Shown here piece by piece: positions 18,653 to 29,231 of a stretch of DNA of 64,000 nt. Both the position numbers and the translations under genes were made by a program. The DNA is from Bacillota bacterium (lineage in GTDB: Bacteria; Bacillota; Halanaerobiia; Halanaerobiales; DATFIM01). The notes below the pieces were generated by a model. The model did not search any database and was not told the DNA's origin. It saw only the letters and a program-made list of their open reading frames with translations. The first letter of the stretch is position 1, and each line of letters opens with the position of its first letter. The DNA lies in contig JBNJDK010000001.1 of assembly GCA_051744805.1 (NCBI GenBank), positions 32,572-96,571 of the forward strand, written 5' to 3'.

Positions 18653-20476
18653 TTAAAATTTGATATTAAAATCTAAAGATATTTCTGGTTCTTTATTTTT
18701 AAAATCATTAGATAAATTAATTCCAAAATGTATGGGTTTAACTCCCATAACTCTTATTTTAGTTTCTAAACCTGATCCATATCTGAAATTTTCAAAATGT
18801 TCACTATCAATAAAACCATATGCTCTATAGCCCAACATCTGAAAAGCAACCAATACTTCTTTACTATATTTAAAATATTTATTATAACCTAATTCAGAAG
18901 ATACTAAAATAGTAGATATTTTTTCTTTTCTTAAAGTTCCTCTATATATTTCAGGTTTAAAATAATAATTAAAATTTTGAATAGAAAATTTATTTGTGAA
19001 ATCCCAATTTTCTTTAACTGGAATTTCTACTTCTCCTTCAATTAAATATTTGCTTTTATTATTGTCAAATGAAAAATAATTATCAGTTTTTACTCTTAAG
19101 AATACATTATAAAAATTATTAAAACTTTTATTATATTCATTCAAAATATTTAAAAAAACATCATTATTAAATTTGGCAACTCCAATTCCAGTATTTAAAT
19201 TTAAACTATAATTTTTAACATAAATTTTTAAATTTTCTTTACTATCATTTTCATTATAAATAGTAATTAAATCTAATGCATCATTAATTTTTTTATACTT
19301 GATTTTAAACTGATTATCAAAAGAATTATACTCCTGTATCCAATTTAAATCCAAATTTTTATAACTCAATTCAAAACCAAACTCAATGTCAGTACTATTA
19401 TTATTAAATAAACTATTTATCATATAATCTTCTTTTTTACCATATGAAAAATAAGGTTTATATATTGCCTGATTATATATTATCCTTTCATTTTTTGCAT
19501 CTTCAATAATATTTTTAATATAATTGTTATTTTTATGATCATAAGAATAGATTTTTCTTCTATTTATTAAAGCTTTTATTTCATCAATTTTTAATAACGT
19601 TTCTTTACGACCTAATTCAATAAAATCATCTGCAAGCTGGAAATCCATAAATGAGTAATCTCCCACAAAATGTTCTATTATTATATCTGAATATTTTCTG
19701 GTTATCAAATTGGAATTTTCACTTTTTATAATATTTATTGTTCGCATCCATCCTCTATGAGGAAGATTAAATATATCATAAGGCATTTCATCATTGGCCA
19801 TTGTTGATATAATAAAGTCAGCGCCCATTATCTTTGCTGCTAAAGCCGGTGTTAATTCCTTAATACCAGGATCTACAAAATATTCATCATTATAGAACTT
19901 TATCGGAAAAATAAATGGTATTGCATATGAACACTGAATAACATCACTTATTTTACCTGTAGTATGGATATATTTTTGTTCTCTACTTAAATTCATGCTT
20001 AATATGGCAGTAGGTAATCTGAAATCTTCTAAATTTTTTTCAGGTGCAGCCAATTCAATAAAATTATTTAACTTTTTAGATTCAAGAAGTGAGTACGTAA
20101 AAAGAAAATTAAAATCAAAAAGAGAAGAGAAAATATTAGAGCTAACTATATCCTCCATTTCGTCTGGAGAAATTCCACTTCCATACATAGCAGCTATTAC
20201 AGCTCCCATACTCGTTCCTACTACCATATCTATAGGAATATTGTTTTTATGAAGAATATCAATTACACCAATATTAACTAAAGCCCGGGCACCGCCTCCT
20301 CCCAAAGCTAAAGCAATGGTTGGCTTTTTTTCAAATGAAAAATTATCAGACTTTTCAATTATATAAGTGTTTTCAATATCATAAAATACTTTATTTGTAT
20401 AAGTATTTTCTGCTAAAACCGGAAGGCTATATAAAAGCAATATTAATAAAATAAAAATTATTAATTTTTTATACAT
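18653..20476 (-). CDS. Patatin-like phospholipase with a C-terminal beta-barrel-like domain
   Basis: It has a signal peptide (MYKKLIIFILLILLLYSLPVLA) and patatin motifs GGGGARA, GTSMG and DPG. About 300 aa of alternating-pattern sequence follow, ending ...LDFNIKF. Confidence 0.8.
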   Translation of the reverse strand: MYKKLIIFILLILLLYSLPVLAENTYTNKVFYDIENTYIIEKSDNFSFEKKPTIALALGGGGARALVNIGVIDILHKNNIPIDMVVGTSMGAVIAAMYGSGISPDEMEDIVSSNIFSSLFDFNFLFTYSLLESKKLNNFIELAAPEKNLEDFRLPTAILSMNLSREQKYIHTTGKISDVIQCSYAIPFIFPIKFYNDEYFVDPGIKELTPALAAKIMGADFIISTMANDEMPYDIFNLPHRGWMRTINIIKSENSNLITRKYSDIIIEHFVGDYSFMDFQLADDFIELGRKETLLKIDEIKALINRRKIYSYDHKNNNYIKNIIEDAKNERIIYNQAIYKPYFSYGKKEDYMINSLFNNNSTDIEFGFELSYKNLDLNWIQEYNSFDNQFKIKYKKINDALDLITIYNENDSKENLKIYVKNYSLNLNTGIGVAKFNNDVFLNILNEYNKSFNNFYNVFLRVKTDNYFSFDNNKSKYLIEGEVEIPVKENWDFTNKFSIQNFNYYFKPEIYRGTLRKEKISTILVSSELGYNKYFKYSKEVLVAFQMLGYRAYGFIDSEHFENFRYGSGLETKIRVMGVKPIHFGINLSNDFKNKEPEISLDFNIKF

Positions 20477-20640
20477 AAAATCACCTCATTCTTCTATTTA
20501 ATACATCCGCTACTTTATATATTATATAATTCTTCTATTTTAATATATTTCCTCTTTGTTTAACAATTTTTGACTAAATTTGAAATTAAAATATTTCTAA
20601 TAGTCAATAATTAAAATGAGGTAATTATATTAAACGATAA

Positions 20641-21336
20641 TTAATTATTTTCTATTGCATATTCTACTGCTTCTCTGGCGTGTAAATTTGTCGTATCAAA
20701 AACTGGAATTGGACTATCTTCATCTTTAATTAAAAGAGGAATTTCTGTACAGCCTAAAATTACTCCTTCTGCCCCTCTTGAATATAAATTATTTATTATT
20801 TTTTTAAACTTATTTTTTGATTTTTCCAAAATTAATCCATCTATCAGTTCATTATAAATAGTATTGTGTACTATCTCTCTTTCTTCTTCCCAGGGAATAA
20901 TAACTTCAATACCATGTTTTTTTAGTCGATCTTTATAAAAATCTCTTTCCATAGTAAATTTAGTTCCTAATAAGGCAACTTTATCTATATCCTGTTCAAC
21001 TATAGAATGAGCTGCGGCATCAGCAATATGTATCAAAGGAAGGTCTATTTCATTTTCAATAGCATCTGCCATTTTATGCATTGTATTTGTACAAATAACA
21101 ATAAAATCAGCTCCACCTTTTTTTAAGTTTTTAGCATAATTTATCATTTCTTCTTTCAGAAGCTCCCATTCTCCTTTATGCTGCATTTCTTCAATTTCAG
21201 CAAAATCTACTGAATACATAAGACATTCTGCTGAATGTTTTTTTCCTAATTTTTCTTTTGTAAATTCATTAACGAGACGGTAATATTCCAGTGATGATTC
21301 CCAGCTCATTCCTCCAATTAAACCAATAGTTTTCAT
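20641..21336 (-). CDS. Aspartate/glutamate racemase family protein
   Basis: 231 aa with the two catalytic-Cys regions CTNTMH and GCTEIP. Confidence 0.85.
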   Translation of the reverse strand: MKTIGLIGGMSWESSLEYYRLVNEFTKEKLGKKHSAECLMYSVDFAEIEEMQHKGEWELLKEEMINYAKNLKKGGADFIVICTNTMHKMADAIENEIDLPLIHIADAAAHSIVEQDIDKVALLGTKFTMERDFYKDRLKKHGIEVIIPWEEEREIVHNTIYNELIDGLILEKSKNKFKKIINNLYSRGAEGVILGCTEIPLLIKDEDSPIPVFDTTNLHAREAVEYAIENN

Positions 21337-21378
21337 CTTATACCTCCTAATTATTTATAAACTTTATACTTAATAAAT

Positions 21379-23670
21379 TTATTTAATAATTTTAACTGTT
21401 AAATCTTCATTAGTTAGTTTATATTCATTATCATAAATAATAAGAGTAATTTCTTTTCCTTTTTCTTTAGTAATTTTCACTTTATTTTCAAATACCTGAA
21501 CAGTTAATATTCTATTTCTAAAATTAATTTTAAATGAATAGTCATCCCATTCTTCTGGTAAATAAGGGGAAAAATTTAATTTGTTATTTTTAACTCTCAT
21601 ACCTGCAAAACCATGAACAATAGCCATCCAGGTACCAGCCATACTAGTTATATGAAGTCCATCTTCAGTATCATTATTATAGTTTTCTAAATCCAATCTG
21701 GCTGTTCTTAAATAAAGCTCATAGGCCCTTTCTTTATATCCAATTTCAGAAGCAATTATTGAATAAATACAGGGTGATAATGATGACTCATGAACAGTTT
21801 TAGGTTCATAAAAATCAAAATTTCTTTTTTTAGTATCTCTATCATACCTGTCTCCGAGAAAATATAAACCCTGTAAAACATCTGCCTGTTTAACATAACA
21901 GGATCTCAAAATTCTATCCCAGGACCAGTTTTGATTTAAAGGTAAATCATCATTAACTAAATCTGCCCTTGTCTTTAATTCTTTATCCATATAACCATCC
22001 TGTTGTTCAAATACATCAAGTGAATCAACATAAGGATAATACATGTTTTCTATTATATTTTGCCATTCATCAATTTCCTCTTCTTTTAATCCTAATTTTT
22101 CTACTAATTCATCATGACGTATTTTATGATTTTCAGAAATATATTTTTTGACTTCTAATGCATATTCTAAAGTCCAGACCGCCATTCGGTTAGTATACCA
22201 ATTATTATGGACATTATTTTCATATTCATTAGGTCCGGTTACTCCAAGAATCATATACTTATTTTTACGAGGATTATAATTTACTCTATCAGCCCAGAAT
22301 CTAGCTATTTGAGCTATTACTTCAAATCCATAATCTGCTAAATAACTTTTATCTCCAGTATTATTTACATAATTATAGACCGCATAGGCTATAGCTGCAT
22401 TACGATGGATTTCTTCAAAAGTAATTTCCCATTCATTATGACTTTCTTCACCATTCATTGTTACCATAGGATAAAGGGCACCATCTAAATCTAATTTATC
22501 AGCATTTTCTATTGCTTTTTCTAAATGATTATATCTATAAAGTAATAAATTGCGAGCAATACTATCATCAGTAGTATTCAAATAAAATGGAAAACAAAAG
22601 GCCTCAGTATCCCAATAAGTACTTCCCCCATATTTTTCACCAGTAAAACCTTTAGGGCCAATATTTAATCTTGGATCATGGCCAGTATAAGTTTGATTTA
22701 ACTGAAAAATATTAAATCTAATCCCCTGTTGAGCTGCTACATCACCATTGATTTCAATATCACTTTCATCCCAATGTTCCTGCCATCTTTGAATATGTTC
22801 ATTTAAAAGAGAGTCTACCCCTTTATTAAATGCATAATCGACTCTATCTAAAGATTCATCAACTACATTTTCATCTTCATAATCTCTATTAGTAGTTACT
22901 GCAATATATTTATTTAATTTTATTTCTTCATTAGCTTCAACCATTACTTCTACTTTATTTTCTATATATTTTTCTTTTTGAAAAATATTAAGTTTATCAA
23001 CTTTTTTATTTAATTCATATCTCATAGCAGTACTGATCTGAAAATTTGATTTTTTAGTTCTCATATTTAAATAACCTTTATATTCATCTATTTTTTTCTC
23101 TATTTCATCCCAAAAAACTTCATCATAATTGGCATCTTCATTAGTTATCGTTCCATCAAGAAATGGCTCCATTTCAATCGTTGCTTTATGATTGAGAGGT
23201 TTTAAAGAATAAGTGACAACTGCTATTTCTCTATCAACACTACTTAAAAATCTTCTTACTTTTACTTTAGTTTTTCGTCCCTGAAAATCAACTACTACAA
23301 ATTCACGATCTAAATATCCTTTTTTCATATTTAATACTCTTCTGAACTTTTCTACATCAGTTTTAGCCAGATCAAGTTTTTTTCCATTAATCTTGACATT
23401 GATTCCTATAAAATTAGTAGCATTTAAAACTTTTGCATAATATTCTGGATATCCTATTTTCCACCAACCAACTCTTGTTTTGTCAGGATAATAAACTCCA
23501 GCAATATAAGTTCCCTGCAAACTTTTACCACTGTATCCTTCCTCAAAATTACCTCTAACCCCCATATGACCATTGCCTAAACTCATGACACTTTCTACAA
23601 TTTGATTTTTCTCAGGACTAAAACCTTCTTCAATTATTTTCCATTCATCATAATTAAAATAATTATCCAT
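21379..23670 (-). CDS. GH65 glycoside phosphorylase (maltose/kojibiose/trehalose phosphorylase family)
   Basis: About 763 aa with a GH65 pattern (GNGHMGVRGNFEE, GEKYGGSTYWDTE). The start was moved to ATG 23670, 7 nt after GGAGGG. Confidence 0.85.
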   Translation of the reverse strand: MDNYFNYDEWKIIEEGFSPEKNQIVESVMSLGNGHMGVRGNFEEGYSGKSLQGTYIAGVYYPDKTRVGWWKIGYPEYYAKVLNATNFIGINVKINGKKLDLAKTDVEKFRRVLNMKKGYLDREFVVVDFQGRKTKVKVRRFLSSVDREIAVVTYSLKPLNHKATIEMEPFLDGTITNEDANYDEVFWDEIEKKIDEYKGYLNMRTKKSNFQISTAMRYELNKKVDKLNIFQKEKYIENKVEVMVEANEEIKLNKYIAVTTNRDYEDENVVDESLDRVDYAFNKGVDSLLNEHIQRWQEHWDESDIEINGDVAAQQGIRFNIFQLNQTYTGHDPRLNIGPKGFTGEKYGGSTYWDTEAFCFPFYLNTTDDSIARNLLLYRYNHLEKAIENADKLDLDGALYPMVTMNGEESHNEWEITFEEIHRNAAIAYAVYNYVNNTGDKSYLADYGFEVIAQIARFWADRVNYNPRKNKYMILGVTGPNEYENNVHNNWYTNRMAVWTLEYALEVKKYISENHKIRHDELVEKLGLKEEEIDEWQNIIENMYYPYVDSLDVFEQQDGYMDKELKTRADLVNDDLPLNQNWSWDRILRSCYVKQADVLQGLYFLGDRYDRDTKKRNFDFYEPKTVHESSLSPCIYSIIASEIGYKERAYELYLRTARLDLENYNNDTEDGLHITSMAGTWMAIVHGFAGMRVKNNKLNFSPYLPEEWDDYSFKINFRNRILTVQVFENKVKITKEKGKEITLIIYDNEYKLTNEDLTVKIIK

Positions 23671-23684
23671 ATTACCGCCCTCCA

Positions 23685-23698
23685 TGCAAACGTTTTCA
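23685..23698 (-). promoter_or_regulatory. cre / LacI-family operator
   Basis: The minus strand reads TGAAAACGTTTGCA, close to the cre consensus TGWAANCGNTNWCA with 1 mismatch. It lies between the -10 and the RBS of the GH65 gene. Confidence 0.55.
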
Positions 23699-23705
23699 TA
23701 GATGA

Positions 23706-23734
23706 ATTATATCATATTTTTCTTTATCTAACAA
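23706..23734 (-). promoter_or_regulatory. Sigma-70-type promoter of the GH65 gene
   Basis: TTGTTA, 17 nt, TATAAT on the minus strand. Confidence 0.5.
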
Positions 23735-24520
23735 CTAAGATTCCCATAGATCATAAACTTTTTTCTGAATAAAATCATTATCTTTCTCTTCTGGCCACAA
23801 ATCAATTACACTATCTTCTCGAACAGCAGCAGCTAAATTATATAAAATTTGTTTTCTATCATCAAAACTATTAATAAATTCTTTCATTTCTCTTCTTTTT
23901 GTAGAAGATGAGTAAGGGCATTTATTTGATATCGGTTTATAATTTAAATTATTCATAAATTCATTTATTTCATCCTCACGTAAATTAATTAATGGCCTAA
24001 TTACATTAGCTTTTGCCTCATTTAAAGGATTTTTAGGTAAAAAAGTTTTTATCTGTCCAGAATAAATTATACTCATCAAAAAAGTTTCAACTACATCATC
24101 AAGGTGATGACCATAGGCAATTTTATCAAATTTATAATTTTTTTCTTTAATAAATTCTGTAATTGCTCCTTTCCTAAAATAGGAACAATTAGAGCAGGGA
24201 TTGCTATCATCTTTTTCTTTTATAATATCAGCAATTTTAGTATCTTTAATATAATATTCTATATTTAATTCTTTACAAAACTTTTTAGCTAAAGAATAAT
24301 CTATTTGATCAAATCCTATATCAATTGTTAAGGCAGTTATTTTAAAATCAATTGACATACTTTTACCCAAAATTTTGAGAGAATAAAGTAAAAAACTGCT
24401 ATCAATCCCTCCACTAAAAGCAACCAGAATCCGATCACCATCGTCAATAAGTTCAAATTCAGCTATTGCATTTGCTATTTTCCGATTATATTTTTGTCCT
24501 AATGATAATTCCATATACAT
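23735..24520 (-). CDS. PP-loop ATPase, TtcA-like tRNA 2-thiocytidine biosynthesis family
   Basis: 261 aa with the SGGIDSS PP-loop and CxxC/Cys clusters (PCSNCSYFRKG, NKCPY). Confidence 0.8.
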   Translation of the reverse strand: MYMELSLGQKYNRKIANAIAEFELIDDGDRILVAFSGGIDSSFLLYSLKILGKSMSIDFKITALTIDIGFDQIDYSLAKKFCKELNIEYYIKDTKIADIIKEKDDSNPCSNCSYFRKGAITEFIKEKNYKFDKIAYGHHLDDVVETFLMSIIYSGQIKTFLPKNPLNEAKANVIRPLINLREDEINEFMNNLNYKPISNKCPYSSSTKRREMKEFINSFDDRKQILYNLAAAVREDSVIDLWPEEKDNDFIQKKVYDLWES

Positions 24521-24588
24521 TCCCCTTATTTAAAATATTATTTCTAATTATTTACTATTATAATATATTTGACTTATAATTAAAATAA

Positions 24589-26124
24589 TTAATTTATTTC
24601 TCTTTCCAATCTCCGATATTGAATAGCTTCTGCCAGATGGTCACTTTTAATATCCTTTATTCCATTTAAGTCTGCAATTGTTCTGGCTACCCGCAAAATT
24701 CTGTCATATGCTCTAGCACTTAACCCTAGCTCTTTTATAGCTTCTTTTAATAATAATGTGTCATTTCTATTTAATCTACAATAAAAATTTAACTCTTTTC
24801 CACTTAGCTGAGAATTATTGATAAAATTTTCATTTTTATATCTAAATTGTTGTATTTTACGAGCAGCAATTACTCTACTCCTAATTTTTTTAGATTTTTC
24901 TCCACTTTTATATCCTGTCAACTCATCTACACTTAAAGAAGGTACTTCAAGTTGAATATCAATTCGATCTAAAAGCGGACCGGATATTTTATTTCTATAT
25001 CTTCTCACCTGATTAATAGTACAATGACATTCCCGTCTTGGATCACCGTAATATCCACAGGGACAGGGGTTACTGGAAGCAATCAAAATAAATTCAGCTG
25101 GAAAATCAACTGTCATAGTTGATCGGGAAATTGTAATTCTTTTATCTTCAAGAGGTTGTCTTAATAATTCTAATACATCTCTTCTATATTCAGAAATTTC
25201 ATCTAAAAACAATACCCCCTTATGTGCCAAACTTATTTCACCAGGTACAGGTATTCTACCTCCTCCAACCATACTAGCTGCTGTTATACTATGATGAGGA
25301 GTTCTAAATGGTCTCTGAGTTTGCAAACCATCAGCAAGATTTATTTTTCCCAGTATACTCTGAATTCTACTTACTTCTAGTTGTTCTTCTTTCAACAGGT
25401 GTGGCATTATAGTTGGAATCCTTCTAGCTAACATAGTTTTACCTACACCAGGTGGACCAATCATTATTAAATTATGGCCACCTGCTACTGCAATTTCAAT
25501 AGCTCTTTTTGCTTCATGCTGACCTTTTATTTCAGAAAAATCAATTTTATAATTTCTAATATTTTTATCATCTAATAATTTTGATTTATCAATACGAAAT
25601 ATATTATCTTCTTTATTATTTCTAAAAAATTTTATCAATTCAGAAATATGTGTTATTGGTATTATTTTTATATCTTCTACTAAACTGGCTTCCAGCTTAT
25701 TTTCAGCAGGTAAAATTACTCCTTTTAAATCTTTTTTACTTGCTGTTAAAACCATCGGTAATATTCCTTTGACTTTCTGAACTTTTCCATTTAAAGAAAG
25801 TTCTCCAACTATTAAATAATCATTAATTTTATTAGCATCAATAATATTTTGAGCTGCTAAAATACCACTTGCAATAGCTAAATCAAAATGAGGACCAATT
25901 TTTTTAATATCAGCAGGTGCCAGGTTAATTGTTATTCTTTTAACTGGAAATTCATAACCTGAATTTTTTATTGCAGATTTCACTCTTTCTCTTGATTCCC
26001 GCACCGCAGTATCTGGTAGACCTACAATATCAAAAGCGGGTAAACCACGATTTAGATCAACCTCCACTCTGATAATAAATCCCTTAATACCTAATAAACT
26101 ACAACTCTTAAGTACAGCTAACAT
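24589..26124 (-). CDS. YifB/ComM-family Mg-chelatase-like AAA+ ATPase
   Basis: 511 aa with a Lon-like N-terminal domain, Walker A GPPGVGKT and the CPCGYYGDPRRECHC zinc motif. Confidence 0.9.
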   Translation of the reverse strand: MLAVLKSCSLLGIKGFIIRVEVDLNRGLPAFDIVGLPDTAVRESRERVKSAIKNSGYEFPVKRITINLAPADIKKIGPHFDLAIASGILAAQNIIDANKINDYLIVGELSLNGKVQKVKGILPMVLTASKKDLKGVILPAENKLEASLVEDIKIIPITHISELIKFFRNNKEDNIFRIDKSKLLDDKNIRNYKIDFSEIKGQHEAKRAIEIAVAGGHNLIMIGPPGVGKTMLARRIPTIMPHLLKEEQLEVSRIQSILGKINLADGLQTQRPFRTPHHSITAASMVGGGRIPVPGEISLAHKGVLFLDEISEYRRDVLELLRQPLEDKRITISRSTMTVDFPAEFILIASSNPCPCGYYGDPRRECHCTINQVRRYRNKISGPLLDRIDIQLEVPSLSVDELTGYKSGEKSKKIRSRVIAARKIQQFRYKNENFINNSQLSGKELNFYCRLNRNDTLLLKEAIKELGLSARAYDRILRVARTIADLNGIKDIKSDHLAEAIQYRRLEREIN

Positions 26125-26203
26125 ATTAATCCCCCTTTTGATTTAACTTTTTTCCTTTTTATATATTTTTTTGCTTTTTTTTCCATTTGTAGGTCAAAAA
26201 AAT

Positions 26204-26581
26204 TTAGAATGTGTTTTTATAATGCTCAATATCTATTATATCATTGTCATAAATAATTGCTATAACATCAAATCTTTTTTTATACTTTTTATAATTATTT
26301 TTCAAAAGAAAAATTTTAGCTATAGTTCTTAATTTATTCTGTTTCTCAAAATTAACAGCAGCCTGGGGAGGACCAAAAAAGTTACTCTTTCGAGTTTTCA
26401 CTTCTACAAAAACAAGAACATTTTTCTTTTTAACAATTAAATCAATTTCTCCCTGTTTTACTCTAAAATTTTCACTTATGATTTTATATCCTTTTTTATC
26501 TAGAAAAGATTTAGCTTTTTGCTCTCCCCACCTGCCAAATTCTCTATTATTTTTAAACTTCATTTTAAACATCAACACCAA
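26204..26581 (-). CDS. yraN: YraN-family (UPF0102) endonuclease-like protein
   Basis: About 120 aa with GRWGEQKA...GEIDLIV...VFVEVKTR. The true start may be an internal Met (M4 or M7). Confidence 0.85.
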   Translation of the reverse strand: MVLMFKMKFKNNREFGRWGEQKAKSFLDKKGYKIISENFRVKQGEIDLIVKKKNVLVFVEVKTRKSNFFGPPQAAVNFEKQNKLRTIAKIFLLKNNYKKYKKRFDVIAIIYDNDIIDIEHYKNTF

Positions 26582-26698
26582 TTACTGATCTTATTATAAT
26601 TCCAAAAATCATAATGTTCTTTTTTATCCTCCTTTTCCTTAATCTAATTTAGTCTACCTTATATAATATAATTCTATATAAGGTAAATTTTTCCTTTT

Positions 26699-27148
26699 TT
26701 ATTTTATTTTATTTTTTAAATATTCAACTAAAGGATAACCTACCAAAAATACTACAACTGCTTCACTTGCAGCAATCTCAACTGCTGTTAACCAATAAGG
26801 TAATTCGAAAAGAACATGTAAGTAAGTGCTTATTAGTAAACCATTGAAAATAATAGGACTAAGATAAGCAAAAAAAGTATCACGATAGCGGTAAGTAAAA
26901 TAAGCAGCTGTTAAAGTAGTTAAACTCCCACCAATTATATCCACAAGTCCTAAACCACCAAATATATTTGATAAAAGAACTCCAATAAATAAGGCGGGAA
27001 CAGCTTCCGGATATAAAATAGGTAAAACTGTTAAAGCTTCTGATAATCTAAATTGTAAAGGACCAAAACTAATTGGAGATAGTATGTAAGTAATTATAAC
27101 ATATAAACCTGCAATAACAGCACCTCTAGTTAAATGCCTGGTCTTCAT
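26699..27148 (-). CDS. queT: Queuosine-precursor transporter QueT
   Basis: 149-aa polytopic protein with ISFGPLQFRLSEALTVLP. Confidence 0.8.
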   Translation of the reverse strand: MKTRHLTRGAVIAGLYVIITYILSPISFGPLQFRLSEALTVLPILYPEAVPALFIGVLLSNIFGGLGLVDIIGGSLTTLTAAYFTYRYRDTFFAYLSPIIFNGLLISTYLHVLFELPYWLTAVEIAASEAVVVFLVGYPLVEYLKNKIK

Positions 27149-27173
27149 TTATTTCACCTCACTTAATACAAAT

Positions 27174-27953
27174 TTAGCTATATTTATTGACTAATGAATA
27201 AGAATAACGATGAATAGGTGTAGGTCCATACTCTTTTAAAGCATTAATATGTTCCTGAGTTCCATATCCCTTATTATTTTCAAACCCATATTCAGGATAT
27301 TTTTCACCATATTTTTCAATAATTCTATCCCTACTAACTTTTGCTATTATTGAAGCGGCTGCAATAGAATTTACTTTTCCATCTCCATCAATTACAGTTC
27401 TTTGTTTTATATCAATTTTAGGAATTTTTCTATTTCCATCAACTAAAAGATAATCAGGTTTAAAATTAAGTTCATTAAGGGCTTTTTTCATAGCTTCAAA
27501 ACTTGCCTGTTGTATATTAATTTTATCAATAACATCATTTTTTACTATTCCAATTCCTACAGCTATAGCATTCTTCTTTATTTTTTTAAACAAATCTATT
27601 CTTTTTGATTCAGAAATTTTTTTAGAATCATCTAATCCAATTATTTTTTGAAATGGATCTAATAAAACTGCAGAAGCAACTACTGGACCAGCAAGTGGCC
27701 CCCTACCTGCTTCATCAAGACCACAAATCAATTCATAACCGTCTTCTCTCAAATTTTTTGTTATTTTATTCATAGAAATCCATTTTTCTTTCAGTCTGAT
27801 TTTCTCTTCTTTTTGTCTTCTATATTTTTTAGCAAGTTTTTTGACTCCTTTTCTAGAATCAGTAGCTAATTTTTCTATGATTTTGTTATCAATTTTTATA
27901 TTCTCACAAATTTCTTTAATTTCTTTTATTGTATATTGAGAAAGATCATCCAT
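27174..27953 (-). CDS. rnhB: Ribonuclease HII
   Basis: GLDEAGRGPLAGPVV and DDSKK motifs. The start was moved to ATG 27953 (GAAGGTGG RBS). Confidence 0.9.
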   Translation of the reverse strand: MDDLSQYTIKEIKEICENIKIDNKIIEKLATDSRKGVKKLAKKYRRQKEEKIRLKEKWISMNKITKNLREDGYELICGLDEAGRGPLAGPVVASAVLLDPFQKIIGLDDSKKISESKRIDLFKKIKKNAIAVGIGIVKNDVIDKINIQQASFEAMKKALNELNFKPDYLLVDGNRKIPKIDIKQRTVIDGDGKVNSIAAASIIAKVSRDRIIEKYGEKYPEYGFENNKGYGTQEHINALKEYGPTPIHRYSYSLVNKYS

Positions 27954-28824
27954 TATTATTACCACCTTCAGAAATTTTCTGAAAATCCTCTACTGTCTCC
28001 AATGATAATCTACCAAAATTTCCAGAACGGAAATCATTTAATATTAATTTACTTACTCTTTCTTTATCAATTTTACCACCACTCATTAAACAACCTCTTT
28101 TTTTACCTATTTCTAACATTAAATCATAAGGATGAATATCTTTAGTTTCAATTCTATAATTTTTTTCTAAAATAGTTGGATTTATTTTTAAAATATATTT
28201 TATCAATCTATAAGCAGCAGTTTCATTATCATATCGATCAGAATCTATAGCTGCTGTTATAGCCAATTTATAACTACTATCTTCATCACCTAAATTAGGC
28301 CATAAAATTCCAGGTGTATCTAATAATCGAATATCTTTAGTTACCTTTATCCATTGTTTACCTCTGGTAACACCAGGTTTATCACCAGTTTTTACTCTAC
28401 CTTTACCCCCTAGTGAATTAATAAGAGCTGACTTTCCTACATTAGGTATTCCAATAACCATTATTTTAGCATCTTTATTTTTTCTCCCTCGTTGCTCTGC
28501 CTTTTTTAAAAGTTTATAATGAAGATTATTAATTCTTTCCATTAAAGAAGAAATCCCTATACCTTCTTTTGAATTTAAAGCTACAACTGGATATTCTCTA
28601 GAAAAGTAACTAATCCATTCATTTGTAACTTTTTCTAAAGCAAGATCTTTTTTATTTAAAGCTATAACTCTTTTCTGACTATCCAGAAGTTCATCAAGAT
28701 CAGGATTCCTACTACTCAAAGGAATTCTGGCATCTAAAACTTCGATTACCATGTCAACCATACTAAGATCTTCTTTTAATCTTCTTTTAGCCTTTGCCAT
28801 ATGACCTGGATACCAATTAATCAT
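27946..28824 (-). CDS. rbgA: Ribosome biogenesis GTPase A (YlqF/RbgA)
   Basis: MINWYPGHMAKAKR start, circularly permuted GTPase motifs (NKKDL ... GIPNVGKS ... DTPG). Start at ATG 28824 after GGAGGTG. Confidence 0.9.
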   Translation of the reverse strand: MINWYPGHMAKAKRRLKEDLSMVDMVIEVLDARIPLSSRNPDLDELLDSQKRVIALNKKDLALEKVTNEWISYFSREYPVVALNSKEGIGISSLMERINNLHYKLLKKAEQRGRKNKDAKIMVIGIPNVGKSALINSLGGKGRVKTGDKPGVTRGKQWIKVTKDIRLLDTPGILWPNLGDEDSSYKLAITAAIDSDRYDNETAAYRLIKYILKINPTILEKNYRIETKDIHPYDLMLEIGKKRGCLMSGGKIDKERVSKLILNDFRSGNFGRLSLETVEDFQKISEGGNNNG

Positions 28825-28886
28825 CTTTTCACCTCCTACCCCTATAAAAGAAAGGGTGTAGGTTAACACCCCACCCTTTTGTAAAA

Positions 28887-29231
28887 TTAATCTCTTTTTT
28901 CTTTAATTCTTGAAGCTTTCCCTCTTCTTTTACGGAGATAATATAATCTTGCTCTTCTAACATCACCACGACGTACAACTTCTATATCTTGCACATTAGG
29001 TGAATGAAGGGGAAAAGTTCTTTCGACACCAACTCCATGAGAAATTTTTCTTAGAGTGAAAGTTGCTTTCGCACCTTTTCCTCTTTTCTTGAGAACAGTA
29101 CCTTCAAAGGGTTGAAATCTTTCTTTTCCACCTTCAACTACCTTTACTTTTAATTTCAATGTATCACCAGGACTAAATTCAGGAACTTCTTTCTTCATTT
29201 GTTCCTTTTCTATCTGTTCAATAATATTCAT
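28887..29231 (-). CDS. rplS: 50S ribosomal protein L19
   Basis: 114 aa with [28 protein letters not shown]. Confidence 0.97.
   Translation of the reverse strand: MNIIEQIEKEQMKKEVPEFSPGDTLKLKVKVVEGGKERFQPFEGTVLKKRGKGAKATFTLRKISHGVGVERTFPLHSPNVQDIEVVRRGDVRRARLYYLRKRRGKASRIKEKRD

Noticed and set aside
26655-26685. An AT-rich 11-bp hairpin (TACCTTATATA...TATATAAGGTA) downstream of queT as a terminator.
   Set aside because: The stem is purely A/T-rich apart from two or three pairs, and no U tract follows on the coding strand. It is too weak to call.
27149-27200. An expected preQ1 riboswitch upstream of queT.
   Set aside because: Only about 25 nt separate queT from rnhB. The sequence shows no preQ1-I-like AGAGGUUC...CUA(A/G)GG pattern, so queT appears to be co-transcribed with rnhB.
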